DNA from: Balanoglossus misakiensis | Taxonomy: Eukaryota; Animalia; Hemichordata | NCBI GenBank assembly: GCA_040954595.2 | Contig: CM082597.2 | Span: forward strand, 5,523,244-5,587,243 | Direction of reading: 5' to 3' | Length of the DNA stretch: 64,000 nucleotides | Part shown: positions 27,901 to 39,469 of the stretch, piece by piece | How the letters are laid out: every line of letters starts with the position of its first letter | How positions within the stretch are numbered: position 1 is the first letter of the stretch | The notes under the pieces: generated by a model | Seen by the model: the letters and a program-made list of their open reading frames with translations, nothing else | Told to the model about the DNA's origin: nothing | The model's database searches: none | Position numbers and translations under genes: made by a program

Positions 27901-30900
27901 CGATAAGATATACCACTTAATGGCTTTATGGTAACACCTTGATATCATGATCCCTAACATCATTACTGTTATTTTCGTGGAATGGCGAGTCACCGGGTGT
28001 GTGGAAAGATAGCCGGTGCAGCAAGGATCAGGGGATAGGTTTGTATTCAGTTGGAGTAGGCGACGCATGTTAAAGTATTATGCCCCACAATGACATCATA
28101 TTTCAGACAAATGACAGTCTTCAAAATCCTTCTAATTAGTCGCTATAGGCATATAACAGTGTTTGAGGAATCTCGTTGAAAACTAAGACGAAAACAAGGT
28201 GTTCACTCTTTAAAAATCATTGAATATATCATAACTCTTCGGACAAAGAAAATACGGCACATAATTCCAGAAAATGCTCACGATCAGGCATTATAATGCA
28301 GCCATATGTAAATACATCAGTAAACTAATGATAAGAGTTACCGTTCTTCAACAAGTTAAGCCTGCACAATTCAATAGAAGATTTCCGTTTGGTTCCGTTG
28401 GCACATTGCCTATCCACTGGCACGTCAAATAGATTACACGACCCGTACATCAGGAGCTAGGGGTCATATCATTAAAGACCCTACTTATTGTTCTTAAAGC
28501 CTAATTCGGAATCAGTGGTGGAAACACAGACTCGGTGGGCCTACTTGTAACCACAGCAACGGTCTCTCAGACTGCAAAGCTCGTGTCACACTGAAAAGAC
28601 CCAGTTTATTCCATTTAGACTATTTTAAGCTCGGCTTAATCCGTCATGGCAGAATTATTGATCACTATCCATTAGGCATGATATCTTTACATGTCAGCAT
28701 CTGAACCATGGATGTTGTCGCGGCCAGTGGTTACAAAGCAATGGGGGCTGCGGTGTTTTGCTGTCTTTGATACAGTTAACAAACCTACCTATTATGACTC
28801 AATTATACAGAGATTGGTAGCCATCTTGAATGGCAAATTTGCTGCAATTTGGTCATCTCATTCAAATTGTTAATTTCGGTGACTGCAAATGTTTAAAATC
28901 TAAAGGAGTTTTTAGCAAAAAATAAAACTTTAAAGAGTTTAAGACTTGATTTTCGAGATCCATTCTACCTTAATGATTTATGTCGGGGGCTGTCGTGTGA
29001 AGACATGTTTTTAATGAAACGAGCCTCTTCTGTTTTCATTAGTGGCATTTCATTAATGGTCCAACATTATCCATGTAAAACTACACGTAAAAGTGTTGGT
29101 GCACTAACAGTAATACACCCATCGACTAGAACATCTCAGCATACATGTTGATAAACAGTATACGGTAAGCTATTGTATCTAGCTCAACCAGACACTGTTG
29201 TGTTTTTTTCTAAAGTACGGGAAATTAATCTAGACTACGTGTGGGATGTGTGATCCGAGCCATTTCTAATCCGGGACGAGATATATCTAATCATGCATTG
29301 GCAGCGGTTGAACTCGCTGTTATCGAATAACAAGATAATCCGCAGCCATGTGACCCTAACAATTACCAGTGGTTGTGTCAATAGTTGTATGTATTGTGTG
29401 CGGGTAATTTGGTCAGGTTGTAGATTAGTCTCAACCTTGTTCTTTTCATAGGAATTGAGTTGTCCTTTTATTGTGTCTTCTATGCAAGTTGCTCTGATTT
29501 TCTAGGGTTACTCACTGCTAAGATTGAAATACTGCTAATGCAATCTGCGCTTGCCAATCTTTTTTTTCTTGCCGAGGTAATAACTGACCTGCTGTACAAT
29601 GGAGATTGTATCTCAGTGTAGGAGGATCTGTACAATAAGGGTATATGCAGTCAGTGATGAACAGAAACGTTGAATTAGTGTACATTCGTTCTTCAATTGC
29701 GAGTTTCTGTCTGTACCCAATTCTGTCTGTCTGTTTGTCTGTGTGTGTGTGTGTGACTGAGTGTCTCAGTCTAGACATATATCGATTGATTCAAGTTTTT
29801 TCCTGCTCAAACTTTGAAAAAAGACGCCTTGTATAGCAAGCTGTGTGGTTTTCTTATAATATTTTATATTAGTCAATACATGTGTCATATAAACACAGTT
29901 ATAATCTTATTACAACCTTGGCTTAAATGAATGTTCAACAGGCAAAATTTAGCTTCATGCTTTGGTAATTGAAGATGTATTCAAGAAAAAAACGGTCAAC
30001 ATGTTTTTAAGACGGTTGGTTTCTGTTTTTACCGTACACAGTTTGATTGACATAAACTTCATCGAAAAACTTGACGATGAAGTATGTTGTGATGGAGATG
30101 AAACGAACCAACCCGAGGCAAGAGACAATTCGTGCAAGTACAGCCGTCGGGTATCATGCTCAACCATACAAAGACACCGCTAATTGCTGGCCTCTGAAAT
30201 GACTCTTTTTCCGAACAGATGTTGATGGATTCAAATGCATCTCTATCAGTATTTGAAGATAGGCAGAGGAAAGCCCAGCTGAGGTGTCATGGCTGCCTCG
30301 TCATGCCACCAGAATCAATTCAAAGACTTCAACCGTAACCTTGACGACTCACGGTTTTACGTTTATAGAATGAAGTACACGACCGCATTTTTTCTAATAC
30401 ATAACCATATTTTAGAAAGCAGTCATTTTACATTTTTAGGGACCAGTCAGTTTACCCGAATGAGGGACGGTGTTTTTCGACAAAGGTTTGTCTGAAAAGA
30501 GAGCGAGTTAAGTGTACAAGCTCGTGTAATTGTTATATTAGGATAGGTAGGAAAGTCAGTCCAACTACAACTATCGAAGTTTTCAGCGGAAGGTGGGAGC
30601 ACAATACTGCTATGTCACAATCATACAATAGAACATCGCCCATGCAGAGTAGAACGTAGACAGACATAATGCCAGCTAGAATAGAACTTACGTATATATA
30701 CGTCTGTAGCAATAATGTATATGGTTTAATATCAGATTCTGTAGCAATATTGTAAGGATAGATTTGGGTAAACTGTATACTAGAAAAGCTATTTTAGATC
30801 ATTTGCATCTCAGATTTTCACGCACAAAGCGATCATCGGACAACTGGCACATATACATGTACAGTACAACTCGTTTGAGCAAATTAAATAACCTGTAAGT

Positions 30901-33569
30901 AAGCTTGTTGGCTATATGATTCAATAGACGAAGAACACAATTCCTGTGAGATTTTAATTATAGTGTCTGTCTGTCTACTGCACATCGGTTACATGCATAT
31001 ATGTAGAAGTCCTGTCAACACTTCATGGATATAAGTGGCTGTAGTTGTCGTTTTATTGCTGTTTCAAGTTTAACGACCGCCATGAAGTCTGCAATGACCT
31101 TGCTCCTAAATATTTATAGTCCGGTTTTGTCGTAAATTTTATTACTTGATGTTGTAACGCATCACGAACTTCAACGTGACTGATTTACAAGCATCTACCC
31201 CGCACGCTGACTCCAGACAAAAAGGCTTGTTCGCGCGAGCGTTAAACTTTTTTTGCCTAACGAGCGGCTACTCGGGGCATAGTTGGGTTATCCGAAGTAA
31301 ATGGTGCGCGAATGTTAGGTTAACAAGCGGCTGGATAACGTTTGCGGTAACTCTTATACACGGGGACGTTGGAGAAAAGTCAGGGTCAATTATTAATTCA
31401 CCTTACATGCCAAATACAGAAGGCTAAGGGGTGATTAAGCCTACAAACTCAAAATAAGTCAGCGTTCTAGCTGACAAAGTCTTCTTTTTAGTCGAATTGA
31501 TGATAATTATCGTAATGTATCTCTCTGAAATCACCAAGGTTCTTAAATAGGCATTTTCATGCATAGCCGTGGTTCTTACCGAAAAATCGTGGTTCTTACG
31601 TTTTACACCCTACGAAGTCAAAACTACTCAAGGTTCTGGCTGACGAAGTCTTATTTTCAGTCGATGTGACAAGACAAGAGAGAACCATTTCCCTAACCAA
31701 GTTTGTAGGAATGGCCTTATACTCAAAATACATACGGCACCTTTGAAAATCAACATTATGTCAATTTCACCCAAACTCAATTCCACGAAAATGAGCACCA
31801 CTTTCTTTGGAAATCATGAAGCGGAATGAACGATAGCGAACGAAATTTGTTATTGGAAAAAACGCCGCCAACATATCTATATGAGTAAAGGGTTATATTT
31901 TATTTTACAATAATAAGCACAAAACTGCATATCTGCAAATATTTCAGACTATTTTTAATTCAATTTCGGTGACTTCACTTGGATAAAGTTCATTTCGAAA
32001 ATTAAATTGAGACATGTGTTAGGCGAATATCTCTTCAAAAATTAGATTTCGGTGACTTGGTTAGAGTGTTATTAGAAACATTACATTTGTCCCCAGGGTG
32101 GAGTATCGACTTTTGAGTTTTAACTGTCAACATTCATGAAATCGAGTACCTCTGTAACTTCAACAACACATTCAACGTGTACGCCACGGTCACAATCGCT
32201 CAGGGTTTACTGAGATCGACCTACTTCTATATTTGGAATCGCATCTCTGACTGGAGTTGAGATGTTGGAATATGCAGTTGAAAGTATATCGGTACTTTGA
32301 GAACAAGAGGTCGGTCTTTGTGATCTGGATTTGATTTATCGATAAGGAGCAAATATAATAGAGACATCGTGATTGACAAAATAAAACCGAACCTCAATCA
32401 ATCACACAATCAAGCGTGGCTGTCACGTGACGCGGAAGTAATCACGCTGACAGAGCAATTCAAAGACGTTTATCCAGGTGGCCAATTACCACTATACCGT
32501 GAACGCGCAGCGTCTCTTTTCCAGAATGATGGTTGTATATACATGCATGTCAGTGTAACCATGGCATATTATATTTGAATATATTCTTAACCCACTGCAC
32601 GTTGGTGGTCTCACATGCCATAAATTTCCACAGCCGCTGTGTGTAATTAATAATTATTCAAATAGCATGTAAAACGGAGGGATGCTGATGATTCACGCCT
32701 GTCACGCGGCGCACCCTGGGAGACAGTTTATGATTTTACGCACCTATTGCAAGAATACATAGATACCTCCAACAGAGACGTGTACAGCAATAAACCAATT
32801 AGAGACAACTTTTGCGAGATTTTGCTGGTCAAGTTGTTGAGTTGTGTACGTCGAGCAACTCTGCTTGTACACAGTATGCAAATCCAGACGTTCAAAGCGA
32901 AAGTTCATTATTGGAACCTCAATTTGCATACTTATTTGTAACAAGAACTAATCAAAAACTTGACAGTTGTCCTGTGCCACCGTATCCTTAGAATTTCGAT
33001 TTGCATTTTGATTGATAACAAAAGTACTTGAATTTTGAGACTTAAAATATAATTCGGTGCGGTGGAGTGGAATATGGTAACAAAAATCTCACATAGATAT
33101 AACTTAGTTTGCCTATTATTTGAAATCTATACTCCGATCCGAATCATCCCGTGATCGCGAAATTTTAATTTTAACCCATCTTTTTCGTCTCCTAGGCTTC
33201 TCGGTGTCACGTACACACGATATCGTATCCCTTTAATGCTGTCCATGTTGTCTGGCTTCCATAAATATCCTCGTACGAGTTCATTTACTGCAAAGATTTG
33301 CCCTTGCATCAGTACATGGTGGTCATTGCGAACAGCGCCCTCAAACACGCACATTTAAAAAAACGTTGTATTACTTGCTCGGTCCAACAGACCCACAATG
33401 TAGCGACACTGCGATGAGCCGATACCAACGAATGAATACTTTCGGGAGAAATTTAAACATCATTTACATGAAAGGGTTTTCATTATGTAGTCTTATATCG
33501 CGATGACATTATTGTGTGTGTACGCTAGCGAGCGAACCGTGAGAGAGTGGTCCAACAGCATCACCGTGA

Positions 33570-33769
33570 CCTTTGACACAACAAGATGGCGATGTGCAGG
33601 CGATAATAATAAAGCGCTCTTCCGGGTTCGACTTGAATTGTTGTGTCGGTTGTTGTCGAATGACCACCGTGTTTACTACATAGCAGTAGCAGCAAAGGCA
33701 TTGTCATTTGGCGTTCATTATCATCTCGTGTTTCATGACACGCGTCATGTTTGTCACGTGGAAAGAAGG
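33570..33769 (+). promoter_or_regulatory. Putative promoter and non-coding first exon of the 999-aa gene
   Basis: YY1-like AAGATGGCG near 33582, ETS-like CTTCCGG near 33618, strong donor AGG|GTAAGT near 33769, matching acceptor gtttgcag near 34706. Confidence 0.5.
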
Positions 33770-34003
33770 GTAAGTTCAATGTTGATGTTTACGTCAATCA
33801 TTCCACATGCAGACAATAAGTTGGGTCAGTGGCTTGATCGTGCAACACCGGTATCCATGCTCGATGAAATTCCCATTCTCTTATGGGTATTACATCAGGC
33901 ATCAGAGCTGGATTGCTGTAAAATTATGCCTGGAGTATTTGTACGACGTGATTAACACACATACACAAGCGACAGATATACTGCCACTCGACCAGGACTT
34001 AGC

Positions 34004-34209
34004 CTGTACCATTCTCTGGCGGCGCGGGTTGAGATCAGGGTTAGGGTTACGACTTAATTTAAATCACTTTAAATGACTATATTTAAAAACACAACGTTGA
34101 ATTTGTTACGAAACGAAATTACTTTAGTCAGTCTAAATACAGTCATAACCCTAACCCTGACACTAACCCCAACCCCAATGCTGACCCTCGCCGCCAGAGA
34201 ATGGTACAG
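34004..34209. mobile_element. MITE-like element with 21-bp TIRs and subterminal telomere-type repeats
   Basis: CTGTACCATTCTCTGGCGGCG (34004-34024) and its exact reverse complement (34189-34209); inner GGGTTAGGGTTA and TAACCCTAACCC. Confidence 0.8.
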
Positions 34210-34871
34210 TCCAAGTTGCGTACGCGTGGCAGTACAATTGACATGATCCCGGATGCCTGTTGTAGTAAACTGCATGGTTGTGTAAATACAATGGTGCCAA
34301 TGCACGGCACTGCCATCCACTTTTCGAAAGGTCAATGTGAAAATGCCGTCAACCTAAAACAAGATCACCCAGGGAAACCAGTGTCAGTGAATTGGGGAAA
34401 TATAAAAGGGACAAAGTCTCTCTCTCTCGCTGCCCTTTTTCTATTAAATTTGTTTGATACAAGACACTGTTTATGTTATTCTACACGTGAATATATATGG
34501 TGAATAAACATTCGACCACAAACAACTTTCATACAATTTGTAGGATATTAGAGAAAAAATCCTGCCAAAATGAATAAACGATTAAGACCGATTATTCATT
34601 TTGGCAAGTTTTTCACTCTGAGTCGTTTCAGGAATTTCTTAATGGTCCCTGTGTGACCCCAATATTATATAATTTCATAAGTTTCTTTTTTGTTTGTGTT
34701 TGCAGACGGTGATTGCTGTATGATATGAACACTGTGAATAACAACATATACAAAAGTTGTTGACAATTAATAGTGACAGCAGCAGAAGCAATACTTTCAT
34801 GTTATGGAACAAGGCAGCAGTGGTCACTGTGTTTAAACTGAACGTTCTATTGCAGAATGAATTGATAGACG

Positions 34872-37871
34872 ATGGATACGATTTATAGAGAAGTATTACA
34901 ACAATTACCAGGTACATCTGTTGAAAAGATTCCCCATAGCATGGCTACATCAAGCAAGAGCAACGTGTCTGGTGGTGAGGAGGCAACAAAACCCCAGACA
35001 TGGAATCGACTCAAACCGCGTCGTCAGTGGAAAGCAAAGAGAAAATCTGAGCAGCCCTCAGTGGACCGGATACTAGGAAACTTCCGGACTATTTTACCAA
35101 GACAGGCGTGTGTGGTTTTAGGAGAGCCAGCGGTTACCAGGACGAAACGAGATGTACCACCGTACTTGCAGAGACCAAACAAGAGACAGGCGCTGTGTGG
35201 TACCACTACTACTGAACATTTGAACACTCAGGGCAGTACAGTTACATGTACAACACAGGCTTTGCCACATGTACAAGACAATCAGGGTAGTGAGAAAAGT
35301 GTGCAAAATAGTGCTGTGTCTCTAATGCCAACAAGCTACGCGCCAAGCCAAGGACAAGCAGGGGATGTTTCACTTGTTTCGTCAGCACAGTCGCCAGTAC
35401 AACTACTGTTCTCCACACCACAGCAATATATAACACAATCTGTGCCTGCCTCTCCATCTGTGACTGTGTATTGCAATCCGGCAGTGAACACGACAGTTGT
35501 ACCTCAACCTGTACAAGTGCTGCAATATATCAAGGGAGACGGCAATATTCAGGTTCCAGCGCAGATGCCGGCTGTAGCAGAACCAAGGCCAATCCAAAGC
35601 ATAAGTGTTTCACATTCATCTCCTGTACATGTGCAACATATTGCCGCAAATCAACAAGTCCTGTGTGCATATCCAAGGATTGAAGCATGTAACACTACAC
35701 AAACCCACACAGTGGCAAGTACCGGCACATCCATGTACAAATCTACAATAGCTGTTAAAGGTACACCGACTATCACTGCGCAGCCTGATTCAATAGTCAA
35801 CTCTACTGCCAAGTTGAGCCAGCCTGGTGTAATAGCAGGGAATGCAACATCCCTACATCCCCCAAGTCTGAGTGTGACAACAGCTACCTGTACGTCTACA
35901 ACATCTGCAGGAATTGCACCAACATATTCTACCAGCATTCTACCTCATTCTTCTTTATCTATGTGGAATATACCCACTACTGCAACAGGTGTGGCAAGAG
36001 TACCAAATTCTAGTATGTACATGAAAAATGGAACATCCCTACATCCCCTAAGTCTGAGTGTGACAACAGCTACCTGTATGTCTATATCATCTGCAGGAAT
36101 TACACCAACGTATTCTACCAGCATACTAAATAAAGTTGTCTCTCCGACTGCTTCCATACTGACCACACCACCCCATTCTTCTTCATCTATGTGGAATATA
36201 CCCACTACTGCAACAGGTGTGGCAAGAGCACCAAATTCTAGTATGCACATGAAAAATACTCCTGCTGTTACCAAATCTATATTAAGTACGTCCACGTCAA
36301 AGGTTCCAAACTGGATAAAATTAGCTAGTGCCAATGTAACTAGTCACAAATCTGCAGTGGCAATACTTCAAAATTCTGATCAGACGGCAAGGAACACTGA
36401 ACCTTCTGTGACAACATCAGGAAATGTAAGTACAGGAACATTATCAACAACTACATCTGCAGTGCCAATATTTAGAAATTCAGATCAGACGGCAAGGAAT
36501 GCTAAACCTTCTGTGACAACATCAGGAAATGGAAGTACAGGAACATTATCAAACAAGCCTCCCAGTACTAGTGCCTGCACTGGTGTGTGTGTCTCTGGCA
36601 CAGTTATCGCCCACCAATCTCAGCTGCTCGAAAATTTCATGGGAAAGGGTCCACAGGTTTTGGAAGTTCTCAAGAGAATCGGACCTTTAGATCCACCAAT
36701 TACAGAGTTGCCTTGTACAAGTGCCTGCACTGGTGTGTGTGATTCTGGCACAGTTATCGCCCACCAATCTCAGCTGCTTGACAATTTCATGGGAAAGTGT
36801 CCACAGGTTTTGGAAGTTCTCAAGGGAATCGGACCTCTAGATCCACCAACTACAGAGTTGCCTTGTACAACCAACGTCAGCAAGCACTGTGCAGTAGGGA
36901 AAACCACTTTGAAGGATATACTCCGGATACCGAAAGCCAAGCCCATTAACAGGAAAAAAACTAGATCCACCGGCCGTCCTGTCAAGGTGCTTCCCAAACC
37001 TCCTGTTATTTTACCTCAGCGGCAACAGTCACAATTCCAACCCACACAGGTGTTGGGGAATACGTGCACCACCAATGTGCTGCCAAGTGTAGGAATGTCC
37101 GGGATTGGGCGCCGTTCTACATATATGAACGCAGCATCAAGTAACTATGCTGCATTCACTACTGCTCAGAATGTGGTTCCAGCACCAGGAATTCAAGGAA
37201 CTCAAAATCTTCGAAATCAGACACTAGTTCCACCCATAACTCGTCGATTCCAAACACCTCGTGTTCCCCAAACCACTGTCATCAACACACCCCATATTCC
37301 AAGTAATACTGGGCAACGTTTTGTAATGCCCAATCCCATGAACCCAGCCCCTGTCACTGTGCCAATAAGTCAAGTCTCGGCAGTACAACAGCAGCAGATA
37401 GTACACACAAGCCAGCCATTTTCGCAACAATCCAGTGTTTCTAATAGAGCCACGATTTTAAATAACCCGAGAATTCCAAATGCTAGCCATCCATCACCCT
37501 CAGATGGCACACACACTTCGACGCAAGCTGCAGAGCCGTCAGGAGAGAAAACATCATTTGCAGAGACAACACCAACAAGCCTTTCTGACATTAAAGTTGA
37601 AAATAAACTCAAAACAGAGCCAAGTGACGACGATAGCTCCTCCATACATCCCTCACACAGCCGTGGTGCGGACACAACTGGCGAGAAATGGGTTGTTGTA
37701 AACATCAATGGGGAAAATGTTCTCAGAAGGGAGCTGGACACCGCAGGCGAGATTATACCTGTTTTGAAATCGGAAAAAGTACAAGGGGAATCAGAGGAGC
37801 ATATTGTGACACTTAAAACTGAGCCGATCACACCGGTTGAGTTGGTCAATATAAAAATTGAACCTGAATAA
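34872..37871 (+). CDS. Uncharacterised ~1000-aa S/T/P/Q/V-rich, probably disordered nuclear protein (single coding exon; alternative start ATG at 34941)
   Basis: 3-kb uninterrupted ORF in AT-rich DNA, basic NLS-like patches, three internal duplications, C-terminal psi-K-x-E motifs; AATAAA overlaps the stop codon. Confidence 0.85.
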   Translation: MDTIYREVLQQLPGTSVEKIPHSMATSSKSNVSGGEEATKPQTWNRLKPRRQWKAKRKSEQPSVDRILGNFRTILPRQACVVLGEPAVTRTKRDVPPYLQRPNKRQALCGTTTTEHLNTQGSTVTCTTQALPHVQDNQGSEKSVQNSAVSLMPTSYAPSQGQAGDVSLVSSAQSPVQLLFSTPQQYITQSVPASPSVTVYCNPAVNTTVVPQPVQVLQYIKGDGNIQVPAQMPAVAEPRPIQSISVSHSSPVHVQHIAANQQVLCAYPRIEACNTTQTHTVASTGTSMYKSTIAVKGTPTITAQPDSIVNSTAKLSQPGVIAGNATSLHPPSLSVTTATCTSTTSAGIAPTYSTSILPHSSLSMWNIPTTATGVARVPNSSMYMKNGTSLHPLSLSVTTATCMSISSAGITPTYSTSILNKVVSPTASILTTPPHSSSSMWNIPTTATGVARAPNSSMHMKNTPAVTKSILSTSTSKVPNWIKLASANVTSHKSAVAILQNSDQTARNTEPSVTTSGNVSTGTLSTTTSAVPIFRNSDQTARNAKPSVTTSGNGSTGTLSNKPPSTSACTGVCVSGTVIAHQSQLLENFMGKGPQVLEVLKRIGPLDPPITELPCTSACTGVCDSGTVIAHQSQLLDNFMGKCPQVLEVLKGIGPLDPPTTELPCTTNVSKHCAVGKTTLKDILRIPKAKPINRKKTRSTGRPVKVLPKPPVILPQRQQSQFQPTQVLGNTCTTNVLPSVGMSGIGRRSTYMNAASSNYAAFTTAQNVVPAPGIQGTQNLRNQTLVPPITRRFQTPRVPQTTVINTPHIPSNTGQRFVMPNPMNPAPVTVPISQVSAVQQQQIVHTSQPFSQQSSVSNRATILNNPRIPNASHPSPSDGTHTSTQAAEPSGEKTSFAETTPTSLSDIKVENKLKTEPSDDDSSSIHPSHSRGADTTGEKWVVVNINGENVLRRELDTAGEIIPVLKSEKVQGESEEHIVTLKTEPITPVELVNIKIEPE

Positions 37872-38440
37872 ACTGGTGCAATTTACACTGCAGATAGATA
37901 GATAGATATTTTTTTCACCAGAAAGATGCATTTGACATAACTGGTGCGGTCCAGGGAAATAGTTCTTGTGGAACTAGTCGTTTAAACCTTAGTTAATAAC
38001 ATTATTTTGTATATTCTAGAAGCAAATACGACACATTTGTGCATCCTAAATTTATCACAAAAATGTCATGACCTAGTAGAGAAGAAATCAATGTTTTGGG
38101 TTCATATTTTTTTGCTATATGAACAACAAGAGCTGCTTAAAAATTGATCCCGAAGTAAAAACCCGATCACATGCAGTCATCCTGAATTTGACATATCTAG
38201 TGTATTCCAACTTCCTAGCACAAATGATGAGAGTCCTAATATATTGTAATATATTTTAATTGATATGTTTAATTTTGGTACCAAGTTATATTAAATGATA
38301 CATAACTGTATGACCTTTGTGCCGTACAATTTTTTTTTCACGGGTGATGCGCTGTGATTATCTCAGAGGTCATGAAGTTCTTTAAATATTACATATGTTC
38401 CTTTGAATTGGACGAATATTCAGGTTTCGATCGAGGCGAC

Positions 38441-38660
38441 TTGATTTTCAGTAAGCTGACAGTGATGCGGCAGTGATCGATGACGCAACCTGCAGGTGGT
38501 CCTTCATTCGCCAAGTTACCCAACGTTTGTTTTATGCCAAGGGGGTCATGTTGGGCCAGTTCATCAGTAGGAAGTTTGGCTCATAGGTCGCGAGATCGCA
38601 TCGCCAGTATTCGAGAACACTGGAGAAACCGAGATATTTTGTAAATGTTGGGGTTCCCAA
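38441..38660. repeat. Dispersed ~220-bp repeat, copy 1
   Basis: Shares cagtgatgcggcagtga, ttcatt..ccaagtta, ggtcgcgaga, gagaacac and ggttcc in the same order with 61142-61340. Confidence 0.7.
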
Positions 38661-39469
38661 ATAACTAATATTTTTTCATTAATCTGACAATAGAGGGAAT
38701 GGATACTAAGAAGCCTTGCCAAAATGTTGAATAATCACAACTTTTCGCGATTGTAATGCTTTGCTCTAGAGTTACTAACAAAATAGAGACCACACAATTC
38801 CAGTTTACTTTTCACAGCGAGGTAATATCCAACCTGCCACAGGGACTTTATAATAATATTCAAGTGGGCAGCCATGACCAACGCGCATGGGCAGTGGTAC
38901 ACTGGTGTTTACCTAATAACGCCAGGTATATCATGACAGAAAATCAATCGACCATCGTGATCTGTAGCCTACCTGTAGGTATCGTTGAAATAAATTTGTT
39001 GGCAAACAACATTGTTTAGCTCTAGGGTAGTGTAACCCTATTCAACTTTGTTAACCTTACACCTCGACCTTTGAGAGAGTTCAGATGGCACAATAGGAGT
39101 TATATTGATAAGGTCCAATTGCTATCCAGCACAAATATTTTAAGTTCTCCCTCTGACATTCTCGAGTCCCCTCCCATCTACCACCCCCATAATTTTGTCT
39201 GATCATATATTTCTCATACCCATACCTGTCCTGTGGACTCAGCCTTATGACCAACAAAATGCCACTACGATGACTTCTATATGACCCTTTCATCCTGGCA
39301 AGGTCGTACGTAATATTGTATATGATGTCATACCAACGAAACACCTGGATGTGAGGTCGTCCAGGGGTCTAAAAAGTGGTCTCTTGTGGCTGTAAATCTT
39401 CGCTTGCATACTGTACAGATTGGCCGTTTTAAGTCACGTGTTTGCTTCAATAGCGAAGAAGCTGAAAAC

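Noticed and set aside
33503-33955. 150-aa ORF
   Set aside because: No recognisable motifs; spans a promoter-like region and a strong splice donor, so probably 5' UTR and intron
34025-34180. True telomere or chromosome fusion site
   Set aside because: Only 2-3 degenerate TTAGGG units on each side, enclosed by TIRs; better explained as a MITE
35024-37849. Multiple minus-strand ORFs
   Set aside because: Antisense shadows of the 999-aa coding sequence
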